Shown here: positions 9,381-19,779 of the stretch, piece by piece
Layout of the letters: each line of letters opens with the position of its first letter
Numbering within the stretch: position 1 is the first letter of the stretch
Virus record (IMG/VR): IMGVR_UViG_3300030380_002200
Location: 1 to 58,635 of that record
DNA length: 58,635 nucleotides
Source of the DNA: a virus
Taxonomy: Duplodnaviria > Caudoviricetes
Direction: 5' to 3' (one strand)
Notes under the pieces: generated by a model
Seen by the model: only the letters and a program-made list of their open reading frames with translations
Database searches by the model: none
Told to the model about the DNA's origin: nothing
Program-made: the position numbers and the translations under genes

Positions 9381-12300
9381 ATGGACGAACTTCAAAAGCT
9401 ATATGACGCTCTGTCACGAGACGGTTACTACACCAAATCGTTTGAAGAGTTTCAAGTTCAGTACGAAGACCCCGCGTACAGAGATAAGGTCTTCGGAGTG
9501 GTATCAAGAGATGGCCTCTACACCAAGTCTCGTGATGAGTTTGACGTTAAGTACAGCTTAGTAAAAAAAAAAGACGATACGGCTTTACCATCGGACGATG
9601 GTTTGTCGGACTTGCAAGAGATTAACAACCTTGCTTTTGAAGTCAAGACAGACGTTGAGACCAAGCCTGAAGAGCTTCAAATTACCAATAAGGCAATTGA
9701 AACTTCGCAGGCTTTGGCATCTGTTTATCCCGAAGGCGTAGACCCTCAGCTCGTCGCTACAGGGGCGGACAGTCAGTACCTTATCCCAACTCTTTTTCCC
9801 ACAGAGGACGGAGGGTTTGAAACGATTGAGGTTCAGGACATCAACGACCCTAACGACCCCGCTGTGCTCCGAGCGAAAGAGCTTGGGGTGATACAGTTTT
9901 TGGGTGGTGAAGGCAATGAGGTAGATACCATTACTCGTGACCAAGTTTTGCAGGGCGACTTCCGTCGCTTGGCTCAGTTGCAGGGTGACGAGTTCGAAGG
10001 AACTTTGTTTGACCAAGAACGCGAGGCTGCAGAGTTTGACCCGTTTGAGAATGCCTTGACAGAAGTCAATGCAGAATTGATTGACGGCACGGAGGAGTAC
10101 GCAGTGCCCAAGCTAAACTACCTGTTTGGTGACTATGGCTTTACGTTTGAAGAGACAGGGGTAGGCGACGCATTGATTGTCACATCTCGTGACGGGAAAA
10201 AAGAGGAGATAGACTTAGACACCTTCTTGGAGATGAGGGATGAGGGTCAAGCTAAAAAGCTAGAAGCCTTCTTGAGAGACAACAAGTCAGACAACACGGC
10301 ACTGAACTCTATTGCAGGCCAACGAATCGTAGCCAACAACGAAGAGGAGATACTAAAGACGGTAGAGGTCTTCAATGAGCAGACCGAAAACTTTGCGTCT
10401 GATGTATCTGAGTTCACCAAAGATTATGCGGAGTTTGCTGTTGAGCTACAAAGGCTTGAAGGGTACAGCCGCGAATACATGAACGACAACCCTGAAGTAA
10501 AGGCTCAATATGAGCAGGCACTGCGGCAGCAGAAAGCCTACATGAGTCAATACGAGCAGCTTCTCAGCAAGGAGAAAGTATTTAAGGAGCGTGGTGCGCA
10601 GCTCGACAAGGCGGCAGGAGAGTATTACATGATGGAGGGAAAGCAGGGTGAGTTCATGACTACTGTCTTCAACAAGTTCATGTTGGGCGCGGCATCCAAG
10701 ACTGCGAAAGCTACGGCTAGAGGTGTTAGTCGTTTGACCTATGATGTTGCTGTAGGTGAAGAAGAAGAGTATGACTTGGTGGCCGCTAACGCTGCTCAGT
10801 ATGATGTACAGATTCCATCAGACATTGACACGGACAGGGGTCGTGCCTTGTACGTCAAGCAAAATCACCCTGATGTCTACGATAAAATCCTCGCCAAGGA
10901 CAAAGACCAATTTCTAAAATCTACTTTGTACGGGGGTGATAGGTTTAGAAACCCATTCTCACAGGTAGCTGCCAACACCGATACTGAACTCGGTATGGTC
11001 GATGCTATCGACAAGGGTGTCCGTGAGTTGATGACATCTGACAACACCACGGAGCAGTACGAGAAAATGCAGTCCGAAGGGTTTTGGGGCGGAGCAATCT
11101 TAGGATTGGCTGAGTCACTTCCCGCGATGCTCGGTGGAGCAGGCCCGATAGGATGGGCGCAACGTACAGCGCAGATGTATGCTCTGTCGTCAGAAGGGGT
11201 GTATGAGGAGATGGAAGAAAGTGCTGAGTTTGACGACGTAAGCGAGGACGAGAAGCGCAAAGTAGTAGTCCCCATTGGAATCGCAGTCGCAACACTCGAA
11301 GTCGCAGGATTCAGAAGTTTAATTTCCCAAAGAGGTTTGTTGAATGGCTTGGTAGCAAGAGCTATCGGAAAGGCTACGTCAAGCACTACAGCAAAATCTT
11401 TCGGTGAATTTATCAAGCAAGACGTAGAGAGCTTGATTGCTCGTGGGTTGCTTAAAATTACTGCGGGTGGTCTTGCGGAGTTTGAGACAGGCTTCGCTCA
11501 GGAGATAGCAGAGTCAGGCATCAAAGACATTTACAACTCTGTCAAAGAGAAGGAGATGTTCGAGACCCCTGATACTTTCAAGGAGTATTTCGTAGACGCA
11601 TTGTATGCAGGTGCGCAAGAGATGGTGGGTGGTTTTGTGATGGGAACTATTCCCGCAGCTGCGACTATGGCGCAAGGCAACAAGCTCCAAGAGATGTCTG
11701 ATGAGCAGTGGAATCTGTTCAAGGAAATCTCTAAAGACTCCAACTATAAAAAGATGTATCTCACCGAGCTGAAGCAAAAGGTTGCTTCAGGGGAAATGAC
11801 ATTGGAGCAAGCAAAGAAGGCTGAGGCTGAGTTGAACCAACTGCTCGGCGTTCTGCCTCAGATTGAGCAGGGCAAGATGCCTGTTGACTTTACTGAGGCG
11901 CAGCAGAAAGAAGTCGTTCAGCTTCTTATCGAACAGCAGAGACTTGAGTCAAAGAACGAAGGTCTTAGACCCGTACTCAGAAAGAGAAACGATGCTCGTA
12001 TCGCAGCTATTGATGCGAGGATTGAAGATATGATTGAGCAGAATGCTGCAGCACAGCAGGCTCAACAAGCCGAGGAGCAAGGCATTGCAGAGTTTACTGA
12101 AGAAGGCGTGTCCTCAAGGACACAGGAGGAAGAGGTGTCCGAAGATGTTATAGAGGAAGAGGCGGGTGATATTGAAGAGTTCTTTGGAGAAGAAACAGAG
12201 ACCACCGAAAGGGTTGGTGAGAACCTAAGCCTTAATAAAAAGGGCGACGTGTCCTTTACTCCTGACCAAAGAAGAGTTAGAGACCGAGTTGTAAGGACAG

Positions 12301-15300
12301 CTAAGTTAGGAGCGCGAGCTATCTCAAAGGTGTTGCCTGACGTGCGTATAGTGCTTCACGAAAGCAATGAGGAGTTCTTGCGCTTCACAGGACGTGATGG
12401 AAGGGCTGAGTACATCCCTGAAAAACGGAACTCCGAAGGTGAAGTTGTAAGTCCAATTATCCACGTCAACTTGTCGTCAGCTACTGCGTCAAGCGTACCT
12501 CACGAAATCTTCCACGCAGTATTCATCGAGAAGGTGAAGACTGATGCAAATGCAGCTAAGGCTGCCGAGACTATGATTATGTCGGTGCGTAAAACGTTGA
12601 AGGACGATTCAGCATTGGCAAAGCGTATTGATGACTTCGCGGCCAACTACGATGCCAACTTCCAAAACGAAGAGAGGTTGGCTGAGTTGGTTGGTATCCT
12701 GTCGTCGGAGTACCGCACCCTTGCCAAGCCCGCCAAGAATGCAGTGGTGGAGTTCCTTAAGAACATTGCACGTCGCTTTGGTATCGAGCTTGGTTCTGAC
12801 TTCGGAAAGAATGACGAGAGTGTGGTTGACTTGCTCAACACCATTGCACGCAAGACAAGCAAGGGTGAGATTATTGAAGAGTCTGACATCGCTCTGCTTG
12901 AACAGATTCCATACTCAGAGGGTGAGGTTGTAACGCCAACTGAAACTACAAGCAAGCCTCAGCCCCGACAGGACAAGGATGTGTTCAAGGGTGTTGACTT
13001 TGTAGAGGAAATACCTGTGGTATCTATGCAAGAGTTTGTGGAATCAGTGGGAGGCAGAGTTTTTGCCGTCACCTCTGATGCTACCAAGGTTGGGTTCGAC
13101 AGCAACAACGAGCGTGTTGATGGTGGCTTTGGATACACGGCATTCAAAGAAAACCTTGCAGGCAACATTGGATTCGCTTCGCTCGATACTCAGGTAGCAA
13201 AGAAGACGATGGCTAAGATTGCCAAGAACTTTAACGCAGGTGATGTGATTGGTGTGATGGTAATGGTTCAAAACCCGTCAGCTACCATTGGCAACTACTA
13301 CGGTGGTAAGTACCTAGGACGCGCTCTGAAGCAGCTTCAGGAAGCTGATGGGGCTGCGTATCAACTGATGGTTGATGAGGTCTCTAAGCTCCTGCAAACC
13401 AATAAGACAATTCGAAATGCTCTCAAGAAAAAACAAACAGAGCAGAAGCTGATTGACTTGTTGCGTGACCCGTCAAAGTTTACGGAGAACGAGTTTGCTC
13501 AAGAGTGGATTGCAGACACCACATTTGATGTGCGTCGTGAGATGCTAAAGGCGATGATTATTTCATCTCCTGAAACACGAACAACTATCTCTACACCGAT
13601 GTACAAGACCATGCTGAAGGACGCAGGCTTCAACCTGCAGGACTTCCTGATGGAGTACGGTGATGTGAGATTGATTGGTGAGAATAACCTCAAGGAAGAC
13701 AACGGTGGCTTCTTGGTGGGTGGATTTAAGATGACCGTGCCTAAGTCCAAAGATGTAGCTGCGTTGATGGTTGAGGTGGAAACCAAGGGCTTTACCCATC
13801 CGCAGTTTAACGGAAAGCTACCTAGCACAGGTGAGCACTTCTTGTTCGATGGGCTGTACCCCATCCAAGAAAACCTTCAGGAGTTTGCAGTTCCGGAAAC
13901 ACGCATTGGAAAGGAGTTGCAAGAAGAGGCCGACAAAAGAGTCAGGAAGCTCGCTAAGAAGAAAGGTGTTGGTGTATTCGAAAGAAAGTTTACCGACAAG
14001 GATTCTGACAACTACGTTCCCGCAAGTAAAAGAGGATACAGAAACCTCTCTACTACGGCTAAGATTATCTTCAAGAAAGACAACCAAGACCTTCTTGTTG
14101 AGGCCACCCCACAGCTTGCTTCAGGTGTGGCGCGAGGCATGGGCTTGAAGACAAAGGGAGCTATCCCCGCAAGCACTGAATTTAGCCCTGCCCGTCGTCA
14201 GCAGAAGTCGATGAATGAAATCATCGGAGAGGCACGAGACGCAAACTTCCGTGACGCTACGATTCGTGACTACCTGATTCGCGTTCGCAAGATGAAGGCC
14301 GAGGTGGTTGATGCTGCGCTTGAGGTATCTCGCGATGCTTTTGAGAAGCTGCCTGATGCATTTAAGAATATGCAGGGTGGTGTCAAAGCAGGAGAAGCCT
14401 TGTACAAGAAGGTCGAGGACTTCCGCAAGAAGTTGGAGAGAAGGAACGCTCGCAGCACGTACAAGACCGACGCTGAAATCAAGGCTATGGTCGTTGAGTT
14501 TGCACAGGATTTGCGTTCCACCTATGATACCAATGCTCAGATTCAAGAGAAGGTAGATAAGTACAAGGCGAAACTTGAGCGCAACAACAAGCGCAGAAAG
14601 ACACCCATGTCTTCTACTGAGATGCGTAGCAAGGTGGCTGAGTTTAAGCGTGACCTCGTAGCAAAGCGTGACGCAAAGCGTGATGAGGTCAACGGAAAGA
14701 TTACTCAGTTCGAAGCAGTAGAAAGACGTAAGAACAGCAGACGTGTCAAGCCATTAACTGAGCAAGAGATTATGACAGCTATGATTGAGTTCATGGAGTC
14801 ACAGCCTGAGTTCAAACAGGAGGGCGATACGTTTGTGGAGAAGGGTGTTACCAAAGTCCGCAAAGGACTTTCCACTCAGCAAGCTCAACTGATTGCTGCG
14901 TTGCAAAAGAACGTGGGCATCAGGCCCACTCAAGACATGGCGGCTAAGGTTCGTCGTGCTCGCTTTACCGTAAGAGAAAGACTGAAGGGTCAGAGAGACA
15001 TTCAGTCCGTGAAACGTGCGATGAGAAACTTCATCCGCCAAGCGTTGCCTACTGAGCTTTACACGAAGAAGGAAGTGTTGTCTTTGCTGCGCAAGATTGA
15101 GGTAGCCAACAGAGACAATCTTGAAAACCTTCAGGGCGAGATTGAGGAGTTCGTTATCAGCAAGAACGTACAGAGTCTCAAGAGAAGCATCAGCAAGATT
15201 CTCAACGCTGACTATGAGACACTGCAGAGCGGAAGGCGCAAGGGTGTCAAGGTTGACCTCGCCACACGGGAGCAGATAGAAAAGATTAGAGATTCTATCC

Positions 15301-17990
15301 TCCCTGAAGATGCAACAGCAGAGCAAGTGTACGAAGCCAACGAATCATTGCAGAGGCAATGGAATGAGTTAGACAAGAAGCCCGATGCTACGGTTGCGGA
15401 GCAGATGGAGATGGTTACTCTTCAGATGATTATCGAGCTGAACAACTCCTTGGTCATGGAAGATACTGACGCGAACAAGGTGGCGGCATTAGATATTGTG
15501 AACGCAACTCTTGCCGACATGGTGGCTTTTGGTCGTAGCGCACTGCAGGCGGAACTGTTCGAGGCCAAGCAGGAGTACGACAGACAGTTCGAGATTGCCT
15601 ACAAAGAGATTACAGGCAACGATATTGACATGACCGACGAGAATGCCAAGGAGCAACTTGAGGAGGAAGAAAGACAGCGTGGTAATGAAGCATCTAAAAA
15701 AGAAGTAGAGAATAGAGTAAAGGCATTTGCTCGAAGAATTGGTGAAGGCATCCAAGGGTTTCTTACTTCAGCCGAAGCTCTTGATGGCTTGATGGATAAA
15801 ATCAGCATAATGCCCGGTGAGTTATTTGGTGGAGCACTTCAAGACTTGGTTACGGGTAAGGTTGACGAAGCGTCACGCAACTTTAAGGCGAGACGCATGT
15901 ACACTGAGTTTGCTGTGAAGAACAAGCTCGAAGAATTGTACGGCAAGAATTGGCAAAGAAGAGCACGAGAGAATCGTAGAAAAAAGACTGAGATTGCATT
16001 TAGACCGCAGGAAATACAAAGAGCACAAGACGCATACAACGCTAACCCTTCAAAAGAAACTAAAGAGGAATTGGAGAGGGTGTTAAAGGGGACTCGTATG
16101 TACAGTCAGAATGAGATGTACTACCTGTATAATCAGTTCAAAGACCCCGCTAACCACGGTGCGTTTGAGAATATGTTTGGCCCGAACTACGAAGAGATTA
16201 TGGAGGAGATTACCTCCAAGCTCGATAAAGAGGTCAAGGAGTTTGCGGATTGGCAGGTTACAGAGTTCTTCCCTGAACTTTACGAGCACTACAACGAAGT
16301 GTATAAGCGTGTGTACCGAACCAACATGCCGTGGAACGAGCACTATGCGGGGCGCATATACAGAGAGGAACTCACACCCGAACCCTTGGATTTGTTGTCA
16401 ACCAACAATGCTTTTAACAACTCGGTGAATGGCGCTTCTACTCGTGCGAGAGTAGAGAACGCTAAGAACATTAAGGAGATGGATGGAACAGATGCTCTGA
16501 TGTCATACATCAATGACATGGAGTATTTCGCAGCTTATGCAGAGACTATTCGCGACATCAACAAACTCTTCACTAACAAGTACGTTCAGGGTGCTATTAT
16601 CAAGAGGCACGGTGAGAAGACCATGAACCTGATTAAGGATATGATTGAGAAGGTTGCAAACAAGGGAACACGAAAGGAGTTGATGGCATCGTATATCAAC
16701 TCTTTTAATAATGTGTTCATCATATCCCGACTTGGTCTGAGTCCTGTCATCATGGTAAAGCAGCTCACCTCCACCTTTACCTACGCCAACGATATTGGTG
16801 CTAGAAATTGGCTCAAGTATTCGGCCAAGAGCATTCCTGAACTTAAGAAAGTTTGGACAGAGATTAGAGAAAACTCTGTTTACCTGCAGGACAGGAAGTA
16901 CGATGGCATCATGAAGGCTATCGAGAGCTACAGCGAGAATGCAATGCAGAAATTTGTGCCTAGACCTACGGTGGACTTCTTGATAAACGTATCTATGTAC
17001 ATGGTGAAGTTTGGTGACCGCTCGGCAATCTTCCTTGGGGGTACTCCTAACTACATGTTTTACAAAGACCAAGCGTTGAAGCAGGGCAAGACTGAGCAAG
17101 AGGCGATTGAGATTGCAGTCAGAAAGTTTGAGAGAGATACAAAAAGAACGCAGCAGTCTGCAGACCTTCAGGATAAGGATACATTTCAAACATCCAACCC
17201 TCTTGTCAGAGCAGCCAACATGTTCCTAACTACTCCCAAGCAGTATCTCCGTAAAGAGATTCAGGCGGTGCGTGCCCTCAGCAGGAAGCTGAAGGCGTTC
17301 GACAAGGACGCGGGCAAAGGGAGTATCAAAGAGAACATCAGAACTCTCATGATGTACCATGTGTTTATGCCTGTTTTTTTCCAATACGTGTCAATGGGAT
17401 TGCCCGGATTGTTGCGAGGGTGGAGAGACGACGACGAGGATGATTTGATTCGCGCTGCAGTTATTGGAAACCTGAACGGATTGTTCATCGTGGGTGAGAT
17501 AATCAATGGGTTGGGTGATTACTTCACAGGCAAGCCTTGGGCAGGTGAAAACGCTAAGTCCCTTGGTGCGATTAACATGGCATATAGTATCATTCAAAAA
17601 TTCAAGAGAGCGGACAAGATTAAAGACCCTCAAAAGCAAGCAGAGGCTTACAAGAAAGCGTACGTGGAGCTTGTCTCTATATCAGGTATCCCCGCACCGA
17701 CCTTAGCTAAGTTGCACGACAACTATGAGGCTATCATCAGCGGTGAGACTGACGACACAGGAGAGCTTATCCTGCGTCTCTTCAACTTCTCTGACTATCA
17801 AATCGAGGGGCCAAAGAAAGACGAAAAGAAGTACAGGACTCTTGATGAGCTGAACAAGGAGTACGACAGAGAAAAAAGAAAGGAAGAGAGAGAAGACCGT
17901 AGAAGACAAAAGCTCCTTGAGCAGGGTCTCGATGCAGTCCCTCTCGATGGAGGTCTCGAAGGCTCAGGTCTAGAATCTAAACAACTCTAA
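9381..17990 (+). CDS. Giant (2869 aa) virion/ejection protein of polyvalent type, with a zincin-like HExxH motif
   Basis: Single long ORF; VPHEIFHAVF (12501..12515) followed by EERLAE; duplicated N-terminal RDGxYTKS motif; long coiled coils. Confidence 0.65.
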   Translation: MDELQKLYDALSRDGYYTKSFEEFQVQYEDPAYRDKVFGVVSRDGLYTKSRDEFDVKYSLVKKKDDTALPSDDGLSDLQEINNLAFEVKTDVETKPEELQITNKAIETSQALASVYPEGVDPQLVATGADSQYLIPTLFPTEDGGFETIEVQDINDPNDPAVLRAKELGVIQFLGGEGNEVDTITRDQVLQGDFRRLAQLQGDEFEGTLFDQEREAAEFDPFENALTEVNAELIDGTEEYAVPKLNYLFGDYGFTFEETGVGDALIVTSRDGKKEEIDLDTFLEMRDEGQAKKLEAFLRDNKSDNTALNSIAGQRIVANNEEEILKTVEVFNEQTENFASDVSEFTKDYAEFAVELQRLEGYSREYMNDNPEVKAQYEQALRQQKAYMSQYEQLLSKEKVFKERGAQLDKAAGEYYMMEGKQGEFMTTVFNKFMLGAASKTAKATARGVSRLTYDVAVGEEEEYDLVAANAAQYDVQIPSDIDTDRGRALYVKQNHPDVYDKILAKDKDQFLKSTLYGGDRFRNPFSQVAANTDTELGMVDAIDKGVRELMTSDNTTEQYEKMQSEGFWGGAILGLAESLPAMLGGAGPIGWAQRTAQMYALSSEGVYEEMEESAEFDDVSEDEKRKVVVPIGIAVATLEVAGFRSLISQRGLLNGLVARAIGKATSSTTAKSFGEFIKQDVESLIARGLLKITAGGLAEFETGFAQEIAESGIKDIYNSVKEKEMFETPDTFKEYFVDALYAGAQEMVGGFVMGTIPAAATMAQGNKLQEMSDEQWNLFKEISKDSNYKKMYLTELKQKVASGEMTLEQAKKAEAELNQLLGVLPQIEQGKMPVDFTEAQQKEVVQLLIEQQRLESKNEGLRPVLRKRNDARIAAIDARIEDMIEQNAAAQQAQQAEEQGIAEFTEEGVSSRTQEEEVSEDVIEEEAGDIEEFFGEETETTERVGENLSLNKKGDVSFTPDQRRVRDRVVRTAKLGARAISKVLPDVRIVLHESNEEFLRFTGRDGRAEYIPEKRNSEGEVVSPIIHVNLSSATASSVPHEIFHAVFIEKVKTDANAAKAAETMIMSVRKTLKDDSALAKRIDDFAANYDANFQNEERLAELVGILSSEYRTLAKPAKNAVVEFLKNIARRFGIELGSDFGKNDESVVDLLNTIARKTSKGEIIEESDIALLEQIPYSEGEVVTPTETTSKPQPRQDKDVFKGVDFVEEIPVVSMQEFVESVGGRVFAVTSDATKVGFDSNNERVDGGFGYTAFKENLAGNIGFASLDTQVAKKTMAKIAKNFNAGDVIGVMVMVQNPSATIGNYYGGKYLGRALKQLQEADGAAYQLMVDEVSKLLQTNKTIRNALKKKQTEQKLIDLLRDPSKFTENEFAQEWIADTTFDVRREMLKAMIISSPETRTTISTPMYKTMLKDAGFNLQDFLMEYGDVRLIGENNLKEDNGGFLVGGFKMTVPKSKDVAALMVEVETKGFTHPQFNGKLPSTGEHFLFDGLYPIQENLQEFAVPETRIGKELQEEADKRVRKLAKKKGVGVFERKFTDKDSDNYVPASKRGYRNLSTTAKIIFKKDNQDLLVEATPQLASGVARGMGLKTKGAIPASTEFSPARRQQKSMNEIIGEARDANFRDATIRDYLIRVRKMKAEVVDAALEVSRDAFEKLPDAFKNMQGGVKAGEALYKKVEDFRKKLERRNARSTYKTDAEIKAMVVEFAQDLRSTYDTNAQIQEKVDKYKAKLERNNKRRKTPMSSTEMRSKVAEFKRDLVAKRDAKRDEVNGKITQFEAVERRKNSRRVKPLTEQEIMTAMIEFMESQPEFKQEGDTFVEKGVTKVRKGLSTQQAQLIAALQKNVGIRPTQDMAAKVRRARFTVRERLKGQRDIQSVKRAMRNFIRQALPTELYTKKEVLSLLRKIEVANRDNLENLQGEIEEFVISKNVQSLKRSISKILNADYETLQSGRRKGVKVDLATREQIEKIRDSILPEDATAEQVYEANESLQRQWNELDKKPDATVAEQMEMVTLQMIIELNNSLVMEDTDANKVAALDIVNATLADMVAFGRSALQAELFEAKQEYDRQFEIAYKEITGNDIDMTDENAKEQLEEEERQRGNEASKKEVENRVKAFARRIGEGIQGFLTSAEALDGLMDKISIMPGELFGGALQDLVTGKVDEASRNFKARRMYTEFAVKNKLEELYGKNWQRRARENRRKKTEIAFRPQEIQRAQDAYNANPSKETKEELERVLKGTRMYSQNEMYYLYNQFKDPANHGAFENMFGPNYEEIMEEITSKLDKEVKEFADWQVTEFFPELYEHYNEVYKRVYRTNMPWNEHYAGRIYREELTPEPLDLLSTNNAFNNSVNGASTRARVENAKNIKEMDGTDALMSYINDMEYFAAYAETIRDINKLFTNKYVQGAIIKRHGEKTMNLIKDMIEKVANKGTRKELMASYINSFNNVFIISRLGLSPVIMVKQLTSTFTYANDIGARNWLKYSAKSIPELKKVWTEIRENSVYLQDRKYDGIMKAIESYSENAMQKFVPRPTVDFLINVSMYMVKFGDRSAIFLGGTPNYMFYKDQALKQGKTEQEAIEIAVRKFERDTKRTQQSADLQDKDTFQTSNPLVRAANMFLTTPKQYLRKEIQAVRALSRKLKAFDKDAGKGSIKENIRTLMMYHVFMPVFFQYVSMGLPGLLRGWRDDDEDDLIRAAVIGNLNGLFIVGEIINGLGDYFTGKPWAGENAKSLGAINMAYSIIQKFKRADKIKDPQKQAEAYKKAYVELVSISGIPAPTLAKLHDNYEAIISGETDDTGELILRLFNFSDYQIEGPKKDEKKYRTLDELNKEYDREKRKEEREDRRRQKLLEQGLDAVPLDGGLEGSGLESKQL
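12108..12123. repeat. 16-bp palindrome copy 2 (inside the giant protein CDS)
   Basis: GTGTCCTCAAGGACAC, encoding VSSRT. Confidence 0.95.
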
Positions 17991-17998
17991 CGAAAGCC

Positions 17999-18145
17999 AT
18001 GCCATTCAAGAAAGTAGGAGACAACAAAAACGTCAGCCCAAGCGGACGGGTGTTTAACGATGCTCAGGTCAGACTGTACTACGCCACCGATGGCTTCAAG
18101 CCATCAAAGCTCAATAAGAAAAAGAGAAGGAAAAGGAAGAAGTAA
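17999..18145 (+). CDS. Small basic protein (48 aa), not in the ORF track
   Basis: MPFKKVGDNKNVSPSGRVFNDAQVRLYYATDGFKPSKLNKKKRRKRKK*, 8 nt after the giant gene. Confidence 0.6.
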   Translation: MPFKKVGDNKNVSPSGRVFNDAQVRLYYATDGFKPSKLNKKKRRKRKK

Positions 18146-18147
18146 CC

Positions 18148-18163
18148 GTGTCCTCAAGGACAC
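18148..18163. repeat. 16-bp palindrome copy 3 (at the convergence of the two transcription arms)
   Basis: GTGTCCTCAAGGACAC, 2 nt after the plus-strand TAA; contains the TGA of the last minus-strand ORF. Confidence 0.95.
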
Positions 18164-18252
18164 AGCAATCTAAACAGTCCATACATCAGGATGGTGTTCA
18201 GTACAATGACAGCAATCAGGTTGAAGATGTCGCGGGGGTCAATATCTCTCAT
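18154..18252 (-). CDS. Putative 32-aa membrane peptide, not in the ORF track
   Basis: MRDIDPRDIFNLIAVIVLNTILMYGLFRLLCP*; overlaps the end of the upstream gene. Confidence 0.4.
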   Translation of the reverse strand: MRDIDPRDIFNLIAVIVLNTILMYGLFRLLCP

Positions 18253-18655
18253 GGTGTAGATGTTCTTGTGGATTAAAATAGGCCATTAACTCTTCGTCAT
18301 TGCTTGCACCCTCTCTTGGCTTTCGCCCGTCAAACCTGACAACGCCCTCCATCTTTCGAATCTTGCCATAGATGATGCCGTCATGACAGGCCCACACAAT
18401 CATAGGTGTTGGTCGAGGAGCAAGCTCCCCTTGCAACTTATTGAGCTTCCTAATGGCAACAGGTAGTGGGTATGCATCCTCAATGAGGCGGTGTCTACCC
18501 TTGACCTCAACAAATCCTTTTAGTTCTTCGCCCTTGAAAACCTGAAAGTCAATGTCGTTGGCTCCGAGCTTCTTGAAGGTTAAGTCAAAGAGAGAACAGA
18601 ATTTTTCTATGGCTCTCTTCTCTCTTTCTAAGTGGTTCTCATCTTCGAATCTCAT
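18239..18655 (-). CDS. PD-(D/E)XK-fold nuclease-like protein
   Basis: E...IDF...FVEVKGR motif. Confidence 0.6.
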   Translation of the reverse strand: MRFEDENHLEREKRAIEKFCSLFDLTFKKLGANDIDFQVFKGEELKGFVEVKGRHRLIEDAYPLPVAIRKLNKLQGELAPRPTPMIVWACHDGIIYGKIRKMEGVVRFDGRKPREGASNDEELMAYFNPQEHLHHERY

Positions 18656-19365
18656 AGCTCCATTAGGCAGTTAAACGCAGTGTGCCCACCAAGCACAACG
18701 CCACAGCCTATGGCTTGTCGTTTGAAGTGACGGGCGTAAGCAGCACCGTAGCTGTCAGCGTCAATGCCGCATCCTACCTGCATGCCGAAGACCCGAAAGT
18801 TACGGCCAACAAGCCATTCGCAGTATGCCTGTGTGTGGATGTGCCCCGAGACCGTGCTCATCATGTCGTTCTTGGCTTTGGTTCGTGCCGTTCCACCTTC
18901 GCCATGTACGTACTGCACGTTGTCATACACCACGCGCTCTGACCAATCCCAATCCGTGCCAAGAACTTCGTTGTAGGAGCGAATCCATTCCATCGGAACG
19001 GAAGAAGAGAACGCTTTGCGCATGATGATGCGGTCATGGTTTCCGATGATTACATCTGCAATCGGAAACGCATCAGCCCACTTCGTTACCTGTGCGATGG
19101 CATAGTCAAGTTCAGTCCCACCCGACATGCCGTTGGGGTCGGTCTCGTGGTAGCTTGCGTAGTGGTTGTCCAAGATGTCCCCAATGAAGACTACTTGGTT
19201 CAGGTTGTACTTGGCGTACACTTCCTTGCAGAACTCAAGGTATCCATCAAGACAAAAAGGAGCGTGGATGTCGCCAACGACGAGTATCCTCCGCTCCTTC
19301 TTCATTAGGTTTTCGTAAGCTATCTTCTTGTTTCCGGTAAGCCTTGGTCTGCTTTCAGATTTCAT
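18652..19365 (-). CDS. Calcineurin-like metallophosphoesterase
   Basis: GDIH, GD, GNHD, HG and GHIH motifs in canonical order. Confidence 0.85.
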   Translation of the reverse strand: MKSESRPRLTGNKKIAYENLMKKERRILVVGDIHAPFCLDGYLEFCKEVYAKYNLNQVVFIGDILDNHYASYHETDPNGMSGGTELDYAIAQVTKWADAFPIADVIIGNHDRIIMRKAFSSSVPMEWIRSYNEVLGTDWDWSERVVYDNVQYVHGEGGTARTKAKNDMMSTVSGHIHTQAYCEWLVGRNFRVFGMQVGCGIDADSYGAAYARHFKRQAIGCGVVLGGHTAFNCLMEL

Positions 19366-19546
19366 CGTCTACAGAGTTTCTTATTTCAGCAAGCCGCTCC
19401 ATCTGTTCATCAATCGCAGCTTTGACAGAATCAAACTCCCTGTCTACCAACCCTTCATACACCCTGTTGTTGCAGTCGTGTAGAGAAGACATCAACGTAT
19501 TGATGTGGTTTAATCTTTCTCGTTCAACTGCAGTGGGATGGGTCAT
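19355..19546 (-). CDS. Hypothetical protein
   Basis: 63 aa, overlap-coupled within the operon. Confidence 0.6.
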   Translation of the reverse strand: MTHPTAVERERLNHINTLMSSLHDCNNRVYEGLVDREFDSVKAAIDEQMERLAEIRNSVDDEI

Positions 19547-19779
19547 ATTCTGTCTACATCCATGAGGAATAAGTCGCCTGTTGGTTTGTGAACTTTCCTA
19601 ATAGCTCTGTATATCTCTTGCGATTTCCTCTTTACTCCTCTTCTTTCTGCTGTAGTAGAGTCAGTTCCAAGAGCGCAATACATTGCAGCGTCGATACGTA
19701 ACAGCTCATCAATCTTCTTTTTATCAGTCCATGTCTTGAACTGAACAATCTTGTCGATGTCGTTGTTATTATAGTCCAT
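19543..19779 (-). CDS. Hypothetical protein
   Basis: 78 aa, overlap-coupled within the operon. Confidence 0.65.
   Translation of the reverse strand: MDYNNNDIDKIVQFKTWTDKKKIDELLRIDAAMYCALGTDSTTAERRGVKRKSQEIYRAIRKVHKPTGDLFLMDVDRI

Noticed and set aside
11698-11730. CTGATGA followed by a short hairpin, as a second hammerhead
   Set aside because: No GAAA directly after stem II and no stem I/III pairing; it lies inside the giant CDS.
9381-17990. Giant protein as a crAss-type virion RNA polymerase
   Set aside because: No catalytic DxDxD motif was seen, and early genes have consensus host sigma70 promoters.
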